Both the position numbers and the translations under genes were made by a program. Below the pieces are notes generated by a model, which saw only the letters and a program-made list of their open reading frames with translations, had not been told where the DNA came from and did no database searches. Positions 52,021-64,000 of a stretch of DNA of 64,000 nt are shown in pieces (within the stretch, counting starts at the first letter, position 1; every line of letters starts with the position of its first letter). Location of the stretch: NCBI GenBank assembly GCA_951406725.2, contig OX597839.1, positions 15,748,001 through 15,812,000 on the forward strand. The letters run 5' to 3'. This DNA comes from Octopus vulgaris (taxonomy: Eukaryota).

Positions 52021-52617
52021 TGTATACACACTGTACCTTGAAAAAAAAAAAAAAAGAGAATAGAATGACCACACGACTTTGATCATAGTTCTTCTCAATC
52101 AAGACTTGACCAAGGGCTAAACAACGACAGCAACAGTGTGTGTACGATGTGCATTCAATATAGTTGCTGTATTATATTTCCATAAATAACATTAAGAGAC
52201 AAGCACCATTGCCAGGTTTTTGTCTTTATGTTCTTTTAGCCGATTCCAGTGTTGATGTTGTTGTTGTTGTTTTTTGTTCTGCTGTTTAAAGCAGAAACTG
52301 AGAAGTTAGGCGGATAGAAACACAATATGTTGGATGGACGACGGGTGGAGGGTAAAACATGGATGTATGTATAATGTGATTGAAGTATTTATATGTACGT
52401 TTTATGAATGTATATGTGTGTTTCATGTATTTGTAGGTTTCATGTATATATGCATGTATGTATGTATGCCAAGAGACATGAAGGGACACCAACATACAGA
52501 GATATACACATACATGCTCTGAGATATGTCCAAACACAGAGACAACCATAACACACACAAACTGCATTTTATTTGCCCTTCCTACAAAACTGATCTCCTC
52601 TCAAAACAATGCAGCCA

Positions 52618-52656
<39 letters not shown>

Positions 52657-53136
52657 CAGAAGACATGAAGTCGCAATTGGAAAGTAATTTACTTTTTGTG
52701 TGTGTGTATGTGTGTGTGTGTGTGTGTCAGTGTTGTATATCTGAGTGTTAGTGTCTATGTATCTGTGTGTGCATTGGTATCTACATGTATGCTACACATG
52801 TGTGTGGGTGGGTGGGTGCATCTATGTAATTGTGTCTATATAGAAAGGAGCGGTGGGGTACTGGTATGGCCAAGTGGTTAACCTTGTTTCACAACCACAA
52901 GGACCTAAGTCTGATCCCCCTGGGTATGTCATCTTGGATAAGTCTCTTACCACAGCCATGGATCAGCCAAAGTTTTCTGAGTGAAACTAATGGAGAGACC
53001 AAGACGACTGTATGCAAGTTTGTCAATGGAGACAAAATCTGTAACTGAAAAAAACCCAAACATGTTTGGATTAATGTTTGCACACATGCACACGCATTTA
53101 TCTTAATATATACACACATACACACATATGTACATA

Positions 53137-53552
53137 GATTCAGTCCAACTGTGTGGCACCTTGAACACATCTCTTACTATAGCACTGGGCCAAACAAACC
53201 CTTTGCAATGCATTTGATAGACAGAAACTGAAAGAAGCCTATCATGTGTGTAGGTGTGTGTGTTTGTGTGTGCATGTATTGTTAGTTGTGTGCATGTGCT
53301 GCGTGTGGGCATATGTACTGCATGTGTATGTGCTGCATATGCATATGTGCAGCATGCGTGTGTGTTGCATATGTTTGTCCCCCGCTACAATTGGACAACC
53401 GGTGTTGGTTTATTTACATTCTTGTGATGTAACGGTTTGGCAGAATAAGCCTTAGGCATTAAAAAATAACTACTGGGGTCATTTTGTTTGGCTGAAACTC
53501 AAGACAGTGCCCCAGCATGGCCACAGTCATAGCTGAAACAAGTAAAAGACAA
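53137..53552 (+). mobile_element. SINE family A, older, 5'-truncated
   Basis: Body and tail GTGCCCCAGCATGGCCACAGTC..CTGAAACAAGTAAAAG. Confidence 0.78.
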
Positions 53553-54451
53553 GACATATATATATAAGCACACACACACACACACATTTCTATACATCGT
53601 GTGTGTGTGTATATATGATTAGAAGCAGTCAAGATAAGAGATTCTTTTTGTTTATCTTTGTTTGCGATTGCGTATGTGGTTGGAGGGCGGTTTAAGGGGG
53701 GTGGGGTTACAAATACAAGAATGCGTGCATGTATGTATGTATGTACGTACACGTATGTATTTACTGAAAATGCAGTTGCCAGAAAGCAATTAAGTGATCA
53801 TGTTCCCTGCTTGTACCAAATTACAGTCAGTCATTTACTGCCAGCAACACCGCCCCTTGTTCTCTCATCATCATCAACATCATCACTGCTATCATCATCA
53901 GCAGCCACTATCAGCCACGCCCCACCCCACCCCACTGCCATTACCAATACCACAAAAGAGAAAGCTGTAAACAAAACTGAACTGTATTAAACAAACAAGT
54001 GGAGTCATCAAAATTATCATCATCATCATCAATATTGTATCATTGCTAATGTCTTGATGATTATCATCATCGTTAAAATCCAAAGACGGGGGCCATTATG
54101 TGGCCACAGAAATAGCAGCTAAATTTGTTGCAAAATAAACCTTACAATCTTCAGTTTTGCATGGAGATTATGTTAAGAGTATAAGAGTGTGGAATACTCA
54201 ACCACTGACATGCTAAGACACTGAGCTGGTGGTCTCAGTTGCTTGAACAACTGGAATAATACTCAGAGTACAACAGAGTACCAATCATTTATTTCCATAT
54301 TCTACCAAAAATAAGACATTGAGAGGCAGAGATCAGACATCGAAGACAAGAAGAACAACTAGGCACTTCTTTGTCCCGCACCAACCCTTCCCTGTAAACA
54401 GTACTTGAGTATCAACCTATAGCTTCATCAGAGATTCAAACATGTTCTGAA

Positions 54452-54509
<58 letters not shown>

Positions 54510-54511
<2 letters not shown>

Positions 54512-54877
54512 TTTTACTTGTTTCAGTCATTTGACTGTGGCCATGCTGGAGCACTGGCTTTAGTTGAGCAAATCGACCCCAGGTCTTATTATTTGTAAGC
54601 CCAATACTTATTCCATCGATCTCTTTTGCCTAACCGCTAAGTTACAGGGACGGAAACACACCAGCATCGGTTGTCAAGCAATGTTGGGGGGACAAACATA
54701 AACACACATATATACGACGGGTTTCTTTCAGTTTCCGCCTGCCAAATCCACTCACAAGGCTTTGGTCGGCCTGAAGCTATAGTAGAAGACACTTGCCCAA
54801 GGCGCCACACAGTGGGACTGAACCCGGAACCACGCGTCTGGTAAGCAAGCTACTTACCACACGGCCACTCCAGCGCC
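54510..54877 (-). mobile_element. SINE family A, full length, in (TA)n
   Basis: Reverse complement of 46607-47019. Confidence 0.9.
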
Positions 54878-55664
54878 TATATATAAGTCTGAAGACCAGG
54901 TTATTAGCTTCACAATGCATAAACCAAATATTAATATATATTTATGAAGAGACAGACAAACAGACAGACAAATCTATGAAAATTCTTGAATCAAAGATGA
55001 AAGAGACCAGAAATCCAAGAGGACTTAATACAAGTTATATAGACAACTATAGAGTGGTGAATAGTTATATATTTTACAGACTGCTTTAGCAAAGAAGCAT
55101 TGCTTTCAGAAATTCAATAGCTTCTTGAAATCAAAAGATCTCGAATCTGTAAACACACTTATTGCAGAACATTTCTCCAGGATTCAAACACTCGGAACAA
55201 ATTTCATTCATAACAGAATAATTTCTCCACAAACCAGAACATCAAAGAATTAGATATAGAACGGTTAGTTAATCAGACATATTACATGTTAGGTGAAAAC
55301 ACACAGAATTCTGCTTTGTAATTGTATACCGACATCTAAATACACATATACATGCATACGTACATGCGTGCGTATGTGAGTGCATGCATGCATTTTTTTA
55401 CAAATGCACTCCTTACTTTTAAACTAAAATAATAAAATTGATAGGGATGAGTACATATTGATAATTCAGTTTTTATAAGGTTAATAAAAGGGTTTGGCAG
55501 CATAATTAAATGAAGAGGGACAAAACTACAAAGATATCATTTAATGATACAAAACAAAACAAAAACTCGAGTGATGGTGTGGTTTTGGGGTGTGGTGGTA
55601 CGAGAAGAGGAGGGGAGTGCAGATAATAAACTAGCTTTGTTCTATTATTACTACCACTGTTTCA

Positions 55665-55880
55665 AAGGCAATAAGCTGGCAGAATCATTAGTGCATCAGG
55701 TAAAATGCTTAGCAACATTTCTCTTGATTTTTTTACTTTCCAAGTTCAAATTCCAACAAGGTTAACACTGCTTTCATCCTTGCAGGGCCAATAAAATAAG
55801 TACCAGGTGAGCACTGAGGTTGATGTCATCGACTTTCCCCTCCTGCAGAAAATTGCTGGCCTTGTGCCAACATTTGAAAC
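55665..55880 (+). mobile_element. SINE family B
   Basis: AGCTGGCAGAATCATTAG..AGTTCAAATTCC..CTTTCATCCTT..ATAAGTACCAG. Confidence 0.8.
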
Positions 55881-55944
55881 TGTTATTACAACTATTTCAA
55901 GGTGTTGGTTGAGTGGGGATGGTCACTGGGTCAGACAAAATGTT

Positions 55945-56135
55945 TCACCAGGCTCCAATCTGATCTGGCAATGTTTCTACAGCTGGATGCCCTTCCTAAT
56001 GCCAACCACTCCGAGAGTGTAGTGGTTGCTTTTTACGTGCCATTGGCATGGGAGCCAGTCAGGCAGCACTAGCATCGACCAAGTTCGGATGGTGCTTTTT
56101 ACGTACTCCTGGCACAAGAGCCAGTCGGGAGGCGA
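55945..56135 (-). mobile_element. RTE-type 3' UTR fragment with two tandem units
   Basis: Reverse complement of sequence like 2760-2900. Confidence 0.75.
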
Positions 56136-56489
56136 GGAGCTTACCAAGGCCAGCTTTGCATTTCATCTTTGAAGGTGTCAACAGGAAACAAAGCAGAAGT
56201 CCCAGTGAAATATTAAGTTGACCCAAAGTGACTGCCCTTCCTCCATCCCTTAAATTATATGGGCTTTACACTTACCTCAGAAATCCTTACTGAAGAGCAG
56301 GACAGGTTTTAGGCAGATGGTGAAGAAACAGGTTAGAACTTCAAAGAAAAGTTAACTGTGTTCTGTAATTTCTGTTAAGTATTCTGTATGTTATTGATAT
56401 CACAGTTTGTATTTGTAGCTGGGAGTGAAGATAAAGCAGTGTTGCTGTTATTTACACTGTACATACAACTGTGGGAGGTAGTGTCTGTG

Positions 56490-56530
<41 letters not shown>

Positions 56531-56636
56531 TGAAGCAATTTTAACGTGATGGGTGTAATTTGTGGGAGAATTGGCTACTCTTCCTAGCAATTCAACTGAT
56601 CCTATTGAGACTTTCTCATTATTATATATAATTTAA

Positions 56637-56850
56637 AGGGGGGGAGCTGGCAGAATTGTTAGCATGTTGAGCAAAAATGCTGGGCAGCATTTTGCCTGTC
56701 TTTGCATTCTGAGTTCAAATTCCACCAAGGTTGACTTTCCCTTTTGTCCTTTCAGAGTCAATAAAACATGTACCAATCGAGCACTAGGGTCAACATAATA
56801 AACTAGCCCCTTCCCCCTGAATTTCAAGCCTCGTGCCTATAATAGAAACA
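56637..56850 (+). mobile_element. SINE family B
   Basis: GAGCTGGCAGAATTGTTAGC..GAGTTCAAATTCC. Confidence 0.82.
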
Positions 56851-57884
56851 ATTGTTATAACTTAATCAGAGGCAGTGAAACAAGGTCCATAAACACTGCC
56901 AGTTTCCTTCCTTCTAAGATTAGTGAAGCTGGTGTAGATGATATTACCTGAATAGCTACAAATATAGATCTAATGTCGGCAGCAAAGATGTAGACCCATT
57001 TCAAAGGTTTGCAGAAGGGCCTGGTGCAGATACTTGCAACAGCATGAACTAACAACAGGAAGTTGTGGTGTTATGAAGTAAATCCTTTTCAAAGTTGAAC
57101 ATATGCCTTCAGCCCAACACAGTTCTCAACAGGTCTCAACTCCAACTCTGCCTCAGTATCTATCCACCCATCCCTCTTTACATGCTGAAAAATTTGAGCC
57201 CTACCACAGAATTGGGTGCTGTTTCTAGCTTGTCAAGTCACTGTACAAGAAGCTTTGTTCCTGGTTAGCTTCTTTACCTTGCATCTGGAAACAGTCAGTC
57301 ATTTATCTGCTACATGGGACATAGGAGATCCATAGCACAGACCAAGAAATTTCACAATACTATGAGAGAGAGAGTGACACACAGACAGGCAGACAGATAT
57401 ACAGACACACACACACTGTTTCCTTCCTTTCTACTGATGAGGTTTGCTAACCATCCCCAACACATCCTGAAGGTCAACTACAATTAATAACACTGTAAGT
57501 AATTGAGCAACTCCCTAGATTGATGACTGTTTAATCTATTTGTAAATAATAAGAATCTCAACACAAGATTAATATAAACAACTCTCAGGGTGTACGAGCA
57601 AGTGTGAGATAGACAGAAAATGAATATGAATTTGCAGTAAACAGAAGTTATCGGGGTTGCAAGTTAACAAAACTTTATGACAAAGTTGAGAGTGAATGGA
57701 GGTGGTGGTGGTGGATATAAATAGAAAATGCAATTACTGTGAAATTGAGAAGAGAATGACGAATATTGTTAAAGAACAATACGCCCAGCTATGGAGAGAT
57801 TTAAAAAACATACATACATTATCATTGTTAGACGAAGTCAACCTTGGCATTTCAAACCCTGTTAAAGTCAATGTGGCCAAGAAC

Positions 57885-58062
57885 ATCATCATCATTTAAT
57901 GCCCATGTCCATGCTAGCATGGTTGGGACAGTACCACAAGAGCCAGCCAGGCCAAAGCCTGCACCAGACTTCTGTGACTGTTTTGGCAGGATTTTTACAG
58001 CTGGGTGCCCTTCCTAGCACCAACCACTCAGCAGAGTGGACTTAGTGCTTTTTATGTGGCAC
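57885..58062 (-). mobile_element. RTE-type 3' tail
   Basis: CATCATCATCATTTAA..CCATGCTAGCATGG..GCCCTTCCTAGCACCAACCAC. Confidence 0.78.
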
Positions 58063-58069
58063 AAACAAG

Positions 58070-58517
58070 AATAAAATTAGCACCAGTCAAATATTGGTGT
58101 TGATTTAATTGATTAACCTCTGTCCCCAAATTTCTGGCACTGTGTCTAAGAAACAATTACTTCTCACCCAAATTGGTTAAATCTTTTGCTTTTTACTATC
58201 ATTAAAGCAGCGGCAAGGTAACAATTGTTAGAATGCCAGACAAAATACTTATGAGCATTGGGGTCTATGGAATCAACTTTCTTCCTCCACACCAAATTTC
58301 AGGTCTTGTACTTATCGTAGAAAGAATTATAATTATTATTAAGCAGAATTGTTAGCAACACCAGACAAGCAAGATCTGAGTTCAAATCCCGCCAAGGCCA
58401 ATTTTGCCTTTCATCCTTTCAGGGTTGATAAAATAAACACCAATCAAGCAATGAGGTCAATGTAATCAACTTGATCCCTCCTGCAAAATTCCAGGCCATG
58501 TAACTATAGTAGAAATG
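58070..58517 (+). mobile_element. Cluster of three partial SINE family B copies
   Basis: Repeated family-B head and tail motifs. Confidence 0.7.
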
Positions 58518-59432
58518 TTTATTATCCTCATCGTTGTTGTTGTCATTACAAACCCAAGGATCAAGTAATGCTGTTTCATATTGTCTGAAACAAAAAGATG
58601 AGATGGTCACCACTGGAGTACCTTTGATAATAAGCCTTATTGTCAGAGTTAATCTGAAGTAAAACAATATATATATATAACAATCATTTCACTCAGCTCC
58701 ACATAACATAAAAATTTCATGGGCACAGGACCTCCAAACATCTGATGATGTGGACATGTCCTATTTCCATGAAACTTTAAGTACAGTGAAGCCCACATCA
58801 AACTTATTAAATACTCATAACTCCAACTAAATATGTTAAGTGCTACTTCCTTTAATTTCTTCATTCATATATAGATGCGTGTGTGTATGTGTGTATAAAC
58901 ACACTTTTATTGGTTTCACTCATTGACTGATATATCTGTATCTTATAACAGTATATATTGAAAACTTACTGCTTCATGTCTAAATAGTAAAATAATTGTC
59001 AAATGTATCTCAAGAGACTATAGAGATGTAAAAAACTAAATTTAAACAAAACTTTAAACCCTGGAACAGTAAGTTAATAATTATAACACCATTAGTATTC
59101 CATGTATTGAGAACTCTCATTCATGACAACACTTGCAACTTCCTATATTTTATCAGTAATATTTTATGTTCATCTCTCCACTTGGACCTATTATCACATT
59201 ATTCATCAGGGGCCTTCATTTAGTACACAGTAACAAGAAAAAAAAGAGGCTAGTTGCCCTAGAGCTGTGCTTCTCAACCAGGGTCCACATAGCCCTGCTT
59301 TCATCTCCCTCTCTCATTCTTGGCCTGGTTTTCCACAACCAGATACCATTTCTATCACAAAGAACTTTACAACAAAAACTGGGTACATTCTTTTGTGCCA
59401 TTTTCACTACAGTTGTCCTCCAACAAGATTAA

Positions 59433-59653
59433 CCCTTTAGTGTTCAGATTATTCTGTCAAATGTGATGTTTAGTTATTTAAAATGGTTTGAATTAATCAT
59501 GCATTATCTTTGTAGTTTAGAGATTTCAGTGATGTGATTTTTTAGTTTTAGAACGACATGGTAGGGCTGAGGTGAGAGGCAAGATCTGGTCAGTTTCAAT
59601 ATAAAACAGGTTAAATATTTTGGCCAGATATGGCCAGTTTGAATGCTAAAGGG
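59433..59653. mobile_element. TTAA-flanked piggyBac-like MITE (221 bp)
   Basis: TTAA|CCCTTTAG..TTCA ... TGAA..CTAAAGGG|TTAA. Confidence 0.82.
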
Positions 59654-60736
59654 TTAAACAGTACTCTGTTCATTCTTCCTGGACACTTAGACAATAAACC
59701 ATTATATGTTGCATGCCGTTGTGCACATTGTGGCCCTCTGCTGACTAGAAGTTTGACCTAACTGGAGCACTGGATTTGTGGCTCATATTTAGACAGTTAA
59801 CCAATTATACAACAGCAATTTACTGCTCGATGAACTCAACCATTGGGAGTTAAATAGTTTACACATCAACACAATTCAACATCAGGTTCTTTATTAAATC
59901 AGCCAAGCCTTGATCATATTGAAGAGAACAGATTCAAACTTTTGTTGGTGGAGTGGAGAGAGAACTTATTTTGCAGAAGCCAACCATAGATTCTGCATAG
60001 ATTCAAATATATTGTCAATGGTTACACGAAAGTCTCCTTTTATAAAAGCAAGCTTTTTATCTCATGCTCTTTGTCACATCTTACATTTGCTCCATAAAAT
60101 GTTTGGGCTAATTCCTGTTTTAGCATTTCAAAACCAAGAAAGCCCACATCAAAACACTTGTCATTATAAAGTATATACTGTCGTAGGACTTATTACTGAA
60201 TACTTCCGCCTCAAACTATCATTCATCGACACATTTTGATAATCTTCATTACTTCCTGCACTTATGATCTCATATTAAATTTCTTACCAAACAAGTACAC
60301 TTCAAGTACGTATGTACGTACATATATACATACATACGTACATACATACATACATACATACATACATACATACATACACACACACACATATACAGACACA
60401 CACACACACAAATGACTGTTTTATAAGTCTGAGTGCTTCTGCATACTAAACCATGCACTGAATGAAGAACTCAATACTGACTTTTTAGTCAAATGATCTA
60501 TTATTAACAGCAGTTGTTTACTTTGAGCACTTGCCAACAGTGGCTTCTGGAAACCAGATTGCTTTGAGAAGCCTGTATCTGCAAAAATTCAAAATAAACA
60601 GTCACTAAATACTATATATATATATATATATATCAAACCCCTGCTCACCACCAATACTTGTGGTATACTTGTTAACCTGAGTAGAATAGTTGCATTGATC
60701 ACATAAAACAGCCATTGCAAGCAAGTGTCAAGCCAC

Positions 60737-61126
60737 GGCCAATCAAACAGCCTTGTTGTGTGGTGTTCGTTACTGGCTATATTTATTAAATAGCAGCTGG
60801 GAACCTCAGCTGCAATATCTGCCACACTTAATGAAAGATTTGGGAAATGAAATAAATAACGGTGGTGCTTAAAGGGCACGGCATGATTCAAAAGCAGTGA
60901 ATGAGCAACAGCCGAAAGTGAAAGCACCGAACGAAGAAAGAAGCCACAAAAGAGATGGGAAGTATTGAATGGCGAAAGCATCATGCAGCACAATTTTGCT
61001 CTTTTGGCCTTTAAGATGATAAAATGGAAGTCAACAGATATTTCATGTAGAGGTTGGGTTGATAAGATGGGTATATTCTTCAAAGCACGATTATTAAATC
61101 ATTACAGTTCCACCTACAGCCAAAAG
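60737..61126 (+). promoter_or_regulatory. Candidate promoter and first exon
   Basis: GGCCAATCA (60737-60745), AT-rich TATA/MEF2-like dyad (60777-60793), two CAGCTG E-boxes, ATG 60983 open to AAG|GTATGT at 61126. Confidence 0.3.
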
Positions 61127-62405
61127 GTATGTGTGTGTGTGTGTGTGTGTGTGTGTACACAGGAGGCAATGTAATTCCAGTGCCAATCTTGAAGATTATG
61201 TTTAGATCTGTAGGCATTGAAAATAAATGAATGGGAATTAGGAGAATTGCCAGATTCACTTGGAGAAAGACAGCAAGAATTTGTATAGAAATAAGGTGGC
61301 TATCAGTAGGTAAGACAGCAAGAATACAAATTTCTATTCAATGGTTTTCTTTTTATTATTACATTTCTTTTTTTCTTAGTTTGGATGGTTTTAATTTTTT
61401 CTTTTTCTTGTGGTTTGAAATTATTAAAACAGATGTTTTTTTCATAAACTAAACAAAACTGGTGTGGTAAGTGCAGAGGGGAGGGAAATAGAATTGGTTT
61501 AAGTAAAAATTCAAGAAAAAAGAACAAAAAATTAATTTTTGTAAGTGAAACAGAAATTTAGTTAATAAAAGAAAACTGGAATTCTTAATAGATCTAAACT
61601 TGGTTGTTGAGTGTGTGTGTGGAGGGGGACCTTGATATTTAATTATATTTTTGCTTTCTTTTTTAATTTGATTCTCCCCCATCACCAGACATCAAGGAAG
61701 CTTCTAAGTAGTTGTTCAACCTGCTAAAAGAAATAGTAGCCTAAACTTCCTCAAATCAAAACCAACTGTCTTTAAAAAAAAAAAGAAAGAAAGAAACCAC
61801 ACTGGACAGTGTAATTAATGTTGGATGCACAAAAACAGTTCAACTGTGAAAACTGGGTGGGGGGAGCTTTTGATGAATGGCACTACAAGATCAGGGCTGA
61901 TCTGAGGCTAAACAATAACCAATGTAATTTAGGCTTCTGAAAACATCATGGATTTTTTTTTCTAATCTGAATAAAGCTGGGAAGGGCTGTGTTCTGTGTG
62001 ATAGATTATAACCCTCACAGGTCTTTTGGTTTCCCTTGTAGGAAGGGCCCTCCATTTACTGTCAATACACCCATCATGGGGCTCCAACTATAACACGATC
62101 TTCATCTTTGTTCATACACACACACACACTCCATACTAATGAGACTTGTATCTCCCATGCATCCAGAATCTCATTTCTCTCCAGCCTCCCTACACCTTCA
62201 TTCAATGCCCCTATCTACTATGTAATAATTTTAGTTCTTACACATACTTATCATACAGTCGGCTGTTTGTCTGACTAGCAAGAGAGTTCTTTCATCACTT
62301 TCAATGTTTGTCTGCTGCACCTCGCAGCCTGTCTGCTGCACATCTTATTGTGGGAAATGACTAACAACACAGCTCATGAAATTTAATAAAAATGTAATCA
62401 GGTGC

Positions 62406-62511
62406 AAAAAAGATCTGAGATAAGTACAGAATGTGTGTGTATGTGTGTACATATCTATAATTATCTTGGAGAGATACACATAACATTCTGTACCTGTCTC
62501 AGGTTATTTTT
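62406..62511. repeat. Imperfect inverted repeat
   Basis: CTGAGATAAGTACAGAATGT / ACATTCTGTACCTGTCTCAG with flanking extensions. Confidence 0.75.
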
Positions 62512-62854
62512 CATCTCAGTTGGAAAAGCTCTAGTTAGATTTGACAACTAGTTCTAACATCAATATCTTAGAACTTTGAAAGACACTGAATTACAGTCGG
62601 TCCACTACACATCTTCATCTGTCCACTACACTTCTGTCTTCTTAATTTGGCAATTTTTAACTCAAAATATTTCGTCTTGTCAGAAAAACGTACTAACACA
62701 TTCCACTCCAATTTTTTAACCAATTTGAATTTCAGAGTTGTCTCTCTTACCTTTCCTGACAAGAATTATGATTATTAACACTAATGACATTTTTCTCTTT
62801 ATTACAGACGTGATTTTAATTCAATAAAAACTGTCCTTTTGTTCACTATATTAA

Positions 62855-63073
62855 CCCTTTCGTTACTGTATTTATTTTGAGATGCTCTGTATTTCTTTCA
62901 ATTACTTTAAATATAACAAAGAATTTAGTAAAATAACTTAGTTATCATTCAGCTAGTGTTAGGAACATAAATTGTGATGAAGGTTTGGTGGAAGATTTTA
63001 GTTCAAAACTTTCGAAAACAAGACATTTGTACTCAGAGCCAGAGCGGTTTCAGCCAGGTTGGTAACGAAAGGG
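62855..63073. mobile_element. TTAA-flanked piggyBac-like MITE (219 bp)
   Basis: Perfect 12-bp TIR CCCTTTCGTTAC / GTAACGAAAGGG with TTAA on both sides. Confidence 0.9.
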
Positions 63074-64000
63074 TTAATTGATTTTCACTGCCTCTCAGCT
63101 TCACTACACTGCAGTGGCTATTTATTATACTTCTACTACAACCACATCCAACACTACTCAAGGCACCCAATTATAGCTAGAAAGATAAGTCACATGGGAA
63201 ATGCATGAACTTCTTTTTTTTAATATTTCGGAGCTGCCCTCTGTTTTTGACAAATAAAAGGGAAAAAAACTTGAAATTCCTCTTCATAGAAGATAACAGA
63301 GTTGTTATTTCGGTGAGGGGGCAGTACAAAGAAATACAACAAGGAGAGAATGAGAGAAAAAGGAGAGAATGAGACAAAGAAAGAAAGAGTGAGAGTGACA
63401 GAGGAGGCAAGAGAGAACCTTTGCTAAAGATTAGCAACACAAAAAGGCTATTATGAACTGTTACAAAGATAAGGATTTATCGGAATGACAGAGGGCAAGA
63501 TATTTGTAAGAGTAGAGGAGGTGTGGTTGATAAAACTCAGGATAGAAATTATCCTAATATATGACTGGTATATATTTTATCAACTGTCTCCGGGATGGCC
63601 CATTAACTTGACCTGCCCCTCTCTTCTCATGGTGACAGGATTTTAGCACTAGAAAAGGGGCATCCTTCAGAGAGAAAGAGAGAGAGAGGAGGCAAAGGTC
63701 ATAAATGGTAAGAAAAAGAAGTTGAAGGTCAAATGATGTAACAGCTGGAGTCTGTAGTAAGTGGAGAGAGAGGGGGGGAGTAGTGATGTAACATCTCCTG
63801 ATGTACTCCATTATAGTCAAATATAGAGCTTCACATATGGATTAAACTTAAAAGGTACTGGACAAATATTTCTCATTGTTTAAAAATACAGAAACCAAAT
63901 CAGAGTCAATGGGAGAGTCTAGCAGATTCTGACTCGGAGGCAGAATAATCGAGATTGCTTTCAGATGTCTACCTTTACAATTTCGCTCTCAAATAACAAC

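Noticed and set aside
57434-57456. CTGATGA-GGTT..AACC hammerhead-like motif
   Set aside because: The required GAAA after stem II is absent.
58711-58778. Short imperfect palindrome
   Set aside because: Too degenerate to classify; likely an old DNA-transposon fragment.
60164-60271. Minus-strand peptide ending RRKYSVISPTTVYTL* that looks like a C-terminus
   Set aside because: In-frame stop just upstream and no credible splice acceptor.
62751-62755. Minus-strand 5-nt microexon (TTCTTGTCAG|GAAAG|GTAAGA)
   Set aside because: Not frame-preserving, weak pyrimidine tract, and expected by chance in 64 kb.

Overview
Repeat-dense, AT-rich eukaryotic DNA, most likely intronic or intergenic sequence from a coleoid cephalopod (Octopus-like). 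That assignment is inferred from the extreme (TA)/(CA) microsatellite load and the tRNA-derived SINE families. No host protein-coding gene could be identified with confidence. Supported content: two convergent CR1-clade LINEs (1-2469 decayed; 4890-7524 5'-truncated with an uninterrupted ~850-codon EN-RT ORF), RTE-clade fragments and 3' tails, a dead mariner, mariner-type and TTAA (piggyBac-like) MITEs, several SINE families and many satellites. Most ORF-track calls are microsatellite artefacts. Top observations: (i) a 279-bp TSD-flanked element combining a tRNA-like Pol III head, a degenerate minimal type-I hammerhead motif and a Penelope-like inverted terminus (45161-45439), plus two other hammerhead-like remnants; (ii) in-window evidence that a CR1 LINE shares its 3' tail with the dominant SINE, and that the same SINE head also occurs with an RTE tail; (iii) several long inverted repeats that could form ADAR or small-RNA substrates, including a nested 135-bp foldback; (iv) a strand-polarity switch of one SINE family at 41-50 kb; (v) a candidate promoter/first exon near 60.7-61.1 kb. 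All coordinates and alignments were read by eye, so boundaries of decayed repeats are approximate.
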